In this document: positions 56,354 to 64,000 of the stretch, in pieces | How positions within the stretch are numbered: the first letter of the stretch is position 1 | Layout of the letters: the number at the start of each line of letters is the position of its first letter | IMG/VR virus record: IMGVR_UViG_3300014202_000879 | Coordinates: 1 to 64,000 of that record | Origin: a virus | Direction: 5' to 3' (one strand) | Length of the DNA stretch: 64,000 nucleotides | Translations under genes and position numbers: made by a program | The notes under the pieces: model-generated | Told to the model about the DNA's origin: nothing | What the model saw: only the letters and a program-made list of their open reading frames with translations | Databases searched by the model: none

Positions 56354-59300
56354 TCAGCTTAGTAGCCGATCAGCATTGTAGAAGACGACATCGATGTCTT
56401 CCGTAACAGTGAGTGAGCCATCTGGTAACCGTACCAGCTTCTTCTTCAAACACAGACGGTTGTAACCTTGTTTGAGGTACAGCACCTGGTAGTCTTTGTC
56501 CATACCACCAATGCCTGAGAACTTGATACCTCGTACGCTTTGTCCATAGACTTTCTTGAGTGCCTCGGTGATATCGGACACAGAGATAGACGTGGCGCCG
56601 ATGTAGGCATCCACCACGATGGCCGTTCGGTTGACCAGCTCTTGGCGTGCTTTTGTGTCGTTGTAGATACCACTGTTGACGTAGAGTTCGATCTTGAGAG
56701 ACTGCTCTGCGTAAATGGTGTCTTCTTTGTTGTCGTTGAGGTAGACTTTGACCTTGGACAACGATGTTTTCGGATAGAAGTAGATGTTGGTTTCTTCGAT
56801 CAGAACGTCCTGCAGTCTCTGCACGCTGTCCATGATCCACTCTGTCAGTGTGTTGGTGATCTCCTGGCGGTACAGGACCATAACTGCCGTGTTGGCATAA
56901 TGGTATTTTGCATCCACAAAAAGGATGTCCACATACCTGGTCAGATCAAACACCGACTTGAGAACAGGCAAGCCCTGGGTGTCGTAAATGATGTCACCAG
57001 CTCGGTGCTTGTAGACGATTTCACCATCGTTCATCACCACGTCGCCCACGGCGTTGATGATTGGGTTAAAAACGACGTTCTTCACGCCACCAGTATCCAC
57101 AATGGTGAACGACAAGCCATCTGTACCCAGCTCGTATTCGTTCTTGTCGTGCAGAAGAGGAACATCGGTGGTGTACCGCTCATACATGTCGTTGCTTCTG
57201 AAACTCCTGCTGCGTGTCCACAGATTCTTCAAGTATTTGCCCATGGTGAAGCTGATCTCCTCCATGGTCACAGGCACCAGTGTGGACTGGTCGGGCAAGT
57301 ATTCTTTGCCATGATCATCCAAGATGTTCACCACCCAGTAAGACTGATTTTGTCTCACCAAATGGAATACCCGCATCTTGGCATCGATGGGGACGTAGAC
57401 TTCCTGTGTGTTGCCGTTGTTGTCCAACATGGCATTCTTGATGCAGATGTTGTTTTGTGTATCCACGTCGTAGCTGGTCTGGAACTCACAACTGTACTGT
57501 GCTTCACCGGAACTCAGGACAGCATCGAACGTCCCTCGAAAGAACATCCACTCGCCTGCAATTTCTGAGTAGAGAGCAAAATGCACACCCACACTGAAGG
57601 GCTGACCATCACCACCATAGACGACTTCTTCTGTATCTGGATCGATCTGTGCATCGTCTTCCAAGATGCCTTTGTAAGCCGATGTAGACACTGTGGTGAT
57701 CGTCACCTTAAAACCATTGCTGGTCTTGTTGATGACGATGGAATCTGTATTGACGGCGGTTCCGTTGGTGGGGTTGGTTGCTTCGATGCTGAGCAGCCCC
57801 AATGAGGGATTGTCCAGATCGTAAGCCCTGACCTCAAACTCAACACCCGACGCATCAAACACATAGTAGAAAGGATTGAAGAGGTAGTTGCCTGTGTTCA
57901 AATGGGCAATGCGGTTGACTTCGTTCACCTGGTTGCCCATCTTGGGGTCTGTGGTGGGGTTATCCAACAGACGAATAACACCGTTGGTATCCAGGAAAAT
58001 CCTGTTGGACATCAACGTGCTTCTCTGACCCGTGGTTCTGAAGTTGTAAGCCGATGCGGTGTTGTCGAAAGACACCGACGCAATGCCCAGATTGGCTGCT
58101 GTGAGCACAGGTGTGTTCCTCGGCGCAGATTTCTGGATCTTGGGTGTGGTGAGCTTCTTGACCGCCATAAAGATGCGGTTGGTGACCATGTCCACATCCG
58201 AAATGATCTCAAAGCCCTCGCGAACGATGGCGCTGTTGGTGACTTGGACATTGGTGATGGGGATATTGCGGTCACCCAACGTCTGGTAGATGGTCGAGTA
58301 CCGCAGCTCATCAAACGTCATGCCGTTGCTACCACCCGACATCCTGTCGGTGCTCATGACCATGATGCTGGCTTTCAGAGCAGCTTTGTAGGCGTTCTCT
58401 GAAACAGAACCAGTGCCCGTCAAGGTATCGTACCCATCCCTGATCTGAAGGATGAAGTCGGCGACAGGGTACGACGCCATGTTAACATCCACTGCACCCA
58501 GAGTGGTAAACATATGCAACTGAATATCACCTGTGATACCCACCATGGTGCTGTAGACCATCGGCATGGTCACCTCTATACCACCCTGCACAATCTTCAC
58601 CAGCAGCGTAGGAACAAAGGGGTCGTAGATATCGCCTGTGTAAGTAACCTTGAACTCAGTCCAAGCACCGTTGAGTTTGTAGAACCCACGCAGCGCATGA
58701 AACCTCTCGGTGGTCTGGATGGTCTTCTTGAAGACAGACGAGGGGTGTATCACCTCGGTGGCGATGGTTTGTCTGAGTTGCATGAGAGGCACTTTGAAGT
58801 ACACCCATGCAACACCTTCCTTGTCGGTGCGAATCTCTTTGTCGAGCACGTAAGTACGCAGACTCTGCAAAGGACTGATGGAAGAGGCATCCATCAAGAT
58901 GTTGAGCTCGCTGTTGTCGATGATACGGATGATCACAGAGTACTCGAACGAGAACATCATGTTGTCTAGTGCGACACTGGAACCTTTGGGTATGAGCAGA
59001 TCCTTGTGTTCATACTGCACAGCGTTGCCGTTGCCATCTGTCGTGTTGACGTAGTAAGTATAGGCCCTTTTCTCGATATCGGAGAGCTTGATCACCACGT
59101 AGAAGTCACACTGAGCAGGGTTGCTGAAGATACCTGCATAGTCTTTGTCAGACAGGTGCGGATACAGATCACTGTACTCGGTAGCTGCTTGGCGGTAAAG
59201 TCGGCGAAACCCCAGTGTGTGTTCGTCCACAGCCACCGATGTGTTCACGCAAGACATCTCCACCAAGCTCATGAAGGGCGTCGATGGATCGACGATCTCG

Positions 59301-59449
59301 ATCTTGTTTTGGGTAAGCTCCGTAATGTGTTCCAGGTGGGCACGCATGACCAACGAAGGGTCATGGATGACTTCCTTCAAGGTGGCTTTCAGCCTGGACA
59401 AAGGTACGGATACCGAAGGTAGAATTTCTGCCATTTCTTGGTCTTTCAA
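56354..59449 (-). CDS. Baseplate wedge protein (phiKZ gp87-like)
   Basis: 1031 aa. DPSTPFMSLVE, A...SDLY.H and SGGSNGMTFDELR are baseplate-J-like motifs; synteny. Confidence 0.72.
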   Translation of the reverse strand: MKDQEMAEILPSVSVPLSRLKATLKEVIHDPSLVMRAHLEHITELTQNKIEIVDPSTPFMSLVEMSCVNTSVAVDEHTLGFRRLYRQAATEYSDLYPHLSDKDYAGIFSNPAQCDFYVVIKLSDIEKRAYTYYVNTTDGNGNAVQYEHKDLLIPKGSSVALDNMMFSFEYSVIIRIIDNSELNILMDASSISPLQSLRTYVLDKEIRTDKEGVAWVYFKVPLMQLRQTIATEVIHPSSVFKKTIQTTERFHALRGFYKLNGAWTEFKVTYTGDIYDPFVPTLLVKIVQGGIEVTMPMVYSTMVGITGDIQLHMFTTLGAVDVNMASYPVADFILQIRDGYDTLTGTGSVSENAYKAALKASIMVMSTDRMSGGSNGMTFDELRYSTIYQTLGDRNIPITNVQVTNSAIVREGFEIISDVDMVTNRIFMAVKKLTTPKIQKSAPRNTPVLTAANLGIASVSFDNTASAYNFRTTGQRSTLMSNRIFLDTNGVIRLLDNPTTDPKMGNQVNEVNRIAHLNTGNYLFNPFYYVFDASGVEFEVRAYDLDNPSLGLLSIEATNPTNGTAVNTDSIVINKTSNGFKVTITTVSTSAYKGILEDDAQIDPDTEEVVYGGDGQPFSVGVHFALYSEIAGEWMFFRGTFDAVLSSGEAQYSCEFQTSYDVDTQNNICIKNAMLDNNGNTQEVYVPIDAKMRVFHLVRQNQSYWVVNILDDHGKEYLPDQSTLVPVTMEEISFTMGKYLKNLWTRSRSFRSNDMYERYTTDVPLLHDKNEYELGTDGLSFTIVDTGGVKNVVFNPIINAVGDVVMNDGEIVYKHRAGDIIYDTQGLPVLKSVFDLTRYVDILFVDAKYHYANTAVMVLYRQEITNTLTEWIMDSVQRLQDVLIEETNIYFYPKTSLSKVKVYLNDNKEDTIYAEQSLKIELYVNSGIYNDTKARQELVNRTAIVVDAYIGATSISVSDITEALKKVYGQSVRGIKFSGIGGMDKDYQVLYLKQGYNRLCLKKKLVRLPDGSLTVTEDIDVVFYNADRLLS

Positions 59450-60681
59450 TAAGTGGAATATGAACCGTTTTCTCGAACTTTGCTCACGATGTATTCGAAC
59501 ACCTCTATCCTAACCCACCATTCCAGCTCGGAATTGTCCAAATTGATCAGTGGGTAAGCGTAGCCCGAAACCATGGAAGCTGTATCGCCATCTACTTTGA
59601 CATAGTGTTGGTCCCTGACTTCAGGCAACAAGTCCTCGTTGAAAGCGTACGTTGTTTCGTTGAACTCCCACATCAGAACAGGATCGAAACACTCTATGCC
59701 GGAGCATTTGAAGTTGAACGTCAGTTCATTGACTTGGTCGTTGAAAGGAAACTCTTTGTTGTAGTCGAAGAAGGCACCTTGAGGCGCGGTTTCTGGCAGA
59801 GCTGGCAGGGTTGCTGCGATACCTGTGATCCTTCGGTTAGAGTCATCCGTGACGATACGCCATATCCGGGTGTTGCTGTCTATCCAGTTGTCGCCAATGG
59901 CATCGATATAGGGCATTATTTTATCCTCAAATACCTTGGAGCCATATATTTGCCAGATGCGCATCAGCATGAGGATCATGTTGTTGGCGATGTTGCGAAA
60001 TGTGCACGAAATGGTAATGGGTTCCAAAGAACTCGACATGCCATCGTACTGGATATAAGAGTTCCTGTACAGAAATGGCTTAGATACATGCATGTCTGTG
60101 CTCATGTCTGGAAACCCAGACACATTGATGCAGGCATTAGACAACACGTTGATGAACGGAGAATGTTTATCGACAAACATGGCCTCGATGGGATTGGGGT
60201 CGTACGCCAGTTTCCTCAACAGCAAGGCATCCAAGGATTTGTCTGACGACAACACAATACCGTACTGCAGTCTTGGGTCCAGCAGACACCGGACTTGTCT
60301 GGACATAGAGTACATGTCGCCGCCCAGCATGTCGTAGAACAGTCGGTCGTGGGAGATATTGGACTCTTGCAAATTCAGAATAGGTCTTGTGAAGAACACA
60401 TAGCCTATCCGGTTTTTGGTCAGAGGTATATAGGACATGCTTTGGTTGATATTCACACCCAGCATGGCCTGCATGATTCCTTTGTCCACCGACCCAATGC
60501 TTGTGTTTTCAAACAGAGCACGGGGGTCTGTAGCCAGGTTACCTACCCTGAGTTTGGTAGGATCTGTAATCAGTGTTGCTGTAGGCTCAGGAGATGTTGT
60601 GGACGCCGGTAGACCGGTTGGTATCCCATCGCCAACACTGCGCTTTGTAGGGTCAAAAACAGGGTCAAATACGCCAGGCAT
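59446..60681 (-). CDS. Virion baseplate/tube-fold structural protein (phiKZ gp88-like)
   Basis: GYVFFTRPILNL and SGFPD; coupled to the baseplate gene. Confidence 0.7.
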   Translation of the reverse strand: MPGVFDPVFDPTKRSVGDGIPTGLPASTTSPEPTATLITDPTKLRVGNLATDPRALFENTSIGSVDKGIMQAMLGVNINQSMSYIPLTKNRIGYVFFTRPILNLQESNISHDRLFYDMLGGDMYSMSRQVRCLLDPRLQYGIVLSSDKSLDALLLRKLAYDPNPIEAMFVDKHSPFINVLSNACINVSGFPDMSTDMHVSKPFLYRNSYIQYDGMSSSLEPITISCTFRNIANNMILMLMRIWQIYGSKVFEDKIMPYIDAIGDNWIDSNTRIWRIVTDDSNRRITGIAATLPALPETAPQGAFFDYNKEFPFNDQVNELTFNFKCSGIECFDPVLMWEFNETTYAFNEDLLPEVRDQHYVKVDGDTASMVSGYAYPLINLDNSELEWWVRIEVFEYIVSKVRENGSYSTY

Positions 60682-60745
60682 ATGTTCTCTCTTTCAGTTT
60701 CGATTAGTTAGTTTCCTCACCCACCACTTCACCCAGGACAAAACC

Positions 60746-61915
60746 ATGAGCATCCTCGCAGTAGATACAGCACTTCAGTTGGTCGCACGCTTTTTGAACA
60801 ACGTCAAAAGCCTCACCAACTATTACTCAGACACATCGCTTGCCGATGTAAGCAAGCTGACCAACGTTCAGCCGCTGTGTGTTTTCTCACGCGACTGTTC
60901 TGGTCTGGAATACGCCAACGACATCTCGCAGTCGTTGCTCAATTTGTTTTGCAGCTACTACCTCCAGGCCATCAACATACTCACACGGGTGGACAGCGCT
61001 GAGATTGTTCGTGTCTTGGACCGTCTGAACCCAGACCGCGATGAAACAGGTTTCTTGTTGACCGACTCCTTGGCCACCGAATCGGTGAGTCGCCTTCGGC
61101 TGGCCACAGAAGATTTCCGTATGGGTCTGCCCACTCGTCGCATGCATGATCGCTTGGCTCTGGAGACCACCGCGCGCAATTTCCACGATGAGAACTACCA
61201 CGACACCAAGAACGCCAACGAGCGTGTGCTCCAAGAAGCTGCCAACCTGTCGGTGGGCAAGTTGCTCAGGATCAACATGGCTTACAACAGCGACCCTATG
61301 ACGGGCGACATCCTCAACCCAGCCACCAAGGACAAACGTCTGACGCTGGACATCAACGTTCGACTGTTGGCTTCGTTCTTGCCCAACGAAAGCATCAACC
61401 AGATCTTGGTCTCCAAGAAAGAAGACATGACCCTGAGCGACCGCTGGATGGGTTACAGATCTGGTCGCCTTGAGTTCATCAAGGACCTGATCTTCTGCCA
61501 AGACGTGATCGACGAATACAAACGCGCTATGGCGCTCGACAACACGGGCACCATGCAAGAGATCGTTCGACGCGTGAACAACGCCAAGAAGTTTGGCCTG
61601 CTCACCAAAAACCCCTCGTTGGTGGCTGCATCCAGTTTGTTCGTCATCTCCGAAGAAGTGGCACGCAACATGGAGTCCGAGCTCGGCGGCAAGCTGAACA
61701 ACCCATCGGTGCGCAAAAAAGCATTCGACAGCACCTACGCCATGATCATCGCTGTGGTCAACCGCGACTACCAAACGGTGACGTTCTACGTGCGCAACAT
61801 CAACCAGCCCACCGAAGTGCGCGTCTCGTCCTTGAAACAATCCAACCGCAACAGCGGACCCGACATCATGGAAGTGATGAAGTCGTTCAACATGGGCATG
61901 CCCGCCACCTTCTGA
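60746..61915 (+). CDS. Head/inner-body protein (phiKZ gp89-like)
   Basis: 389 aa, VLDRLNPDR. A-T-E, A-T-E and A-L-E sites cluster at residues ~110-140. Confidence 0.72.
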   Translation: MSILAVDTALQLVARFLNNVKSLTNYYSDTSLADVSKLTNVQPLCVFSRDCSGLEYANDISQSLLNLFCSYYLQAINILTRVDSAEIVRVLDRLNPDRDETGFLLTDSLATESVSRLRLATEDFRMGLPTRRMHDRLALETTARNFHDENYHDTKNANERVLQEAANLSVGKLLRINMAYNSDPMTGDILNPATKDKRLTLDINVRLLASFLPNESINQILVSKKEDMTLSDRWMGYRSGRLEFIKDLIFCQDVIDEYKRAMALDNTGTMQEIVRRVNNAKKFGLLTKNPSLVAASSLFVISEEVARNMESELGGKLNNPSVRKKAFDSTYAMIIAVVNRDYQTVTFYVRNINQPTEVRVSSLKQSNRNSGPDIMEVMKSFNMGMPATF

Positions 61916-61969
61916 GCCATTTAATCGGCTTACCCCACCAATCAGTAACCTTATATAGAAAGACCACCC

Positions 61970-62905
61970 ATGTCAAACCCAACCATCAAGGCTTTCACGA
62001 AGCTGCTGATGCCGAGCCTACAACGGGCCGAGGTTCTGGACGATCTTCGTCAGACCATCAGTTTGCTGGACAAGAAAGTCATTCCGCCTTTCAAGAACGC
62101 TTCGGACTTCTTCCGTGTGAACCGCATCATTTCACCCGAAGCCAAAGACATTCAGGACAACCTCTACCGTGGCTTCAAGCCTCGTCCGAAATCCAATACG
62201 TTCATCAGCGACGTTCATCATGCGTTGCTGAACATGTCTGAGAACTTGAAGTACATTCTGGAAGAGTCGCCCAAGATCCTGGAGCCCGATATCATTCCAG
62301 AAGGTCTGACGTTCAAACGGGCTCTGTACATCCGTGCCATCGACTACTGTACCTTTGCGGTGCGTTATGCCGGCGATTTGTTGTCCTATGTGTACTTCTT
62401 TGAAATGCACGCTGAGATGAAGGCCGATACCCACGAGGGCACCGAGCTCTCGCCAGCCATGCTTCAGCGGGTAGACAGGGGCATCTTCGATTTTTCCATC
62501 ATCCTCGAGAAGTATGGCATCGACCCCGACAAGTTCAAGACCATGTTCACCAAGATCAAGGATGTGAACTTGTCGGACGATGACAGTGTGTTGGAGTACT
62601 ACCTGCAGCAAAACGGCGGCGATCCGCTCAACGTCCCTTTGACCAGCAGGTTCATCTCGAACCCGATCTACCATATCCGTATGATGGGGGCTGACTGGCA
62701 AAACAGCCGATACAAACGCCAAGAAGCCCAGTTTCGCAGCCTGAGCATCCGGCTGCTGCACCTGAAACTGCTCAAGGAAAAATCTGGCTCCAACGCCAAA
62801 CTGGAGCGAGAAATCAAGTACTACGAAGACGAGGTGGTCTCCTTGGACAAAACCATGTCCGAGTACGAAGAAGACCTGGGCATCATTCGCGAACGGAGCG
62901 TATGA
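61970..62905 (+). CDS. Head/inner-body protein (phiKZ gp90-like)
   Basis: NPIYHIRM followed by a coiled coil; synteny. Confidence 0.7.
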   Translation: MSNPTIKAFTKLLMPSLQRAEVLDDLRQTISLLDKKVIPPFKNASDFFRVNRIISPEAKDIQDNLYRGFKPRPKSNTFISDVHHALLNMSENLKYILEESPKILEPDIIPEGLTFKRALYIRAIDYCTFAVRYAGDLLSYVYFFEMHAEMKADTHEGTELSPAMLQRVDRGIFDFSIILEKYGIDPDKFKTMFTKIKDVNLSDDDSVLEYYLQQNGGDPLNVPLTSRFISNPIYHIRMMGADWQNSRYKRQEAQFRSLSIRLLHLKLLKEKSGSNAKLEREIKYYEDEVVSLDKTMSEYEEDLGIIRERSV

Positions 62906-63561
62906 TGAAACAAGGCAATTACATCACCTTGCAGTCGGGTTATGTGTCCCTGCCACAGAGTGACTTCTACCGGTACGTGGCACCCGAGACTTCCTTCAAA
63001 CAGCAAGTTCTTGGCCAGACGATGACTGGTTTGATCCCAGAAGGTTACTACTCCAAGACCATTACCGCTTTGGTCGACGAGTACGAGAAAGATCGCCAGA
63101 TCCTCAACACCTTCAAGTTTCGTGAACGTGTCTTGGTGGCAGCTATTGCTTTGTTTGCCAACACAACGGTGCCCGAGTGGCTTAAAGCGCAACGCGATAC
63201 CGACTACTTCAGCAATCTGCACAAGACATTTGCTGTGGAGACCCTGAACTTCATCGTGGGTATCCCGCGTGCCATCGAGTGTGTACAGTGGATGAGCCTC
63301 TTGGATGCTGGCAAATCCAACATGAAGACCTACTTCGACTACACCGAGTATTTCAACCACAGTCACAAACCCATGCCGATCCCCAGCCACACGTTGGATC
63401 TGATTCGGCTGTGGGTCTCTCGTGATCAAGGGTACGAGGACCTGTTGCTCTCGCTGTGGTGTTTCTTTGGAAAACGCACCATCCAGCACGATGTTCACAT
63501 CCCCAACAAGAATTCCCATGAAGCTGTTTCTTTTGGGGCGGCGTTTGGTGGCAACGGCTAA
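62902..63561 (+). CDS. Conserved hypothetical/virion protein
   Basis: 219 aa, coupled to the upstream gene. Confidence 0.7.
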   Translation: MMKQGNYITLQSGYVSLPQSDFYRYVAPETSFKQQVLGQTMTGLIPEGYYSKTITALVDEYEKDRQILNTFKFRERVLVAAIALFANTTVPEWLKAQRDTDYFSNLHKTFAVETLNFIVGIPRAIECVQWMSLLDAGKSNMKTYFDYTEYFNHSHKPMPIPSHTLDLIRLWVSRDQGYEDLLLSLWCFFGKRTIQHDVHIPNKNSHEAVSFGAAFGGNG

Positions 63562-63568
63562 TGGCCTA

Positions 63569-63602
63569 CCCAGTAGCTGACTCTCCATGGTCAGCTACTG
63601 GG
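63569..63602. terminator. Intergenic hairpin
   Basis: cccagtagctgac/gtcagctactggg. Confidence 0.6.
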
Positions 63603-63622
63603 GCCTACATTTGGAGAAAATC

Positions 63623-64000
63623 ATGAATATCCATCAGCTCAATTCCCTGCTTTTACTCGACGACACGACTCCGGATGAGTCCAAACCTCTGTCAACACAA
63701 ATGGCTGAGCCTACCGAAGTCGAGAAGTTACGCGCTGCCGACAGGATCGCCAGCCAAGTCGGTGTCACGGATTCCAACTACGTCCAACACATGGACAAAC
63801 TGGGTGAAGAAGGTAGCCAGGTGTCACCCTCTACCAGCTCATCTTCCACCGATACATCGTCTGGCGATACATCCACCGACGACACAGGTGCTGGTTCCTC
63901 CGATGATTTTGGTGGTATGGATGACGGTATGGGTGGTGATCCCGGTAGCGACGACCCCGCACCTGACGACAATCCGGACGATGCCTCTGGTGATGCTGCC
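63623..64000 (+). CDS. Partial head protein with D/G/S-rich acidic N-terminus (runs off the window)
   Basis: GGAG RBS, ATG at 63623, open to the window end. Confidence 0.7.
   Translation, partial: MNIHQLNSLLLLDDTTPDESKPLSTQMAEPTEVEKLRAADRIASQVGVTDSNYVQHMDKLGEEGSQVSPSTSSSSTDTSSGDTSTDDTGAGSSDDFGGMDDGMGGDPGSDDPAPDDNPDDASGDAA

Noticed and set aside
60437-60745. N-terminal extension of the gp89-like ORF
   Set aside because: Overlaps the divergent gene. The RBS-backed ATG is at 60746.
1-64000. Stop-codon reassignment, retron/DGR, integrase, transposase, CRISPR array, tRNAs
   Set aside because: Genes are full length in the standard code using all three stops. No reverse transcriptase, recombinase, repeat-spacer array or cloverleaf was recognised by eye.

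Overview
The window is part of a nucleus-forming jumbo phage genome (phiKZ-like, Chimalliviridae). Its core genes follow the order I recall for phiKZ gp50-gp92. In order: one half of a split family-B DNA polymerase, chimallin, non-virion RNAP subunits, an SbcD-like nuclease, probable ChmC and PicA, an SF2 helicase, a virion RNAP beta' subunit, the polymerase exonuclease half, then baseplate and head genes. An ATP-dependent DNA ligase and an AT-richer tail-fibre module lie at the left end. A block of about 13.5 kb of accessory genes with paralog families lies at 37.8-51.4 kb. Observations not explained by the core annotation: (1) a ~430-nt highly structured candidate ncRNA at 31.75-32.19 kb with its own promoter and terminator; (2) an identical 36-nt pseudoknot-capable leader in front of two unrelated genes; (3) a probable -1 programmed frameshift at T_TTT_TTC joining two minus-strand ORFs; (4) a gene flanked by a duplicated helicase 3' end; (5) loop-less 32-36 bp palindromes; (6) an octapeptide-repeat protein and an unannotated 34-aa membrane peptide. 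phiKZ gene numbers come from recalled synteny and motifs. No database search or folding program was run.
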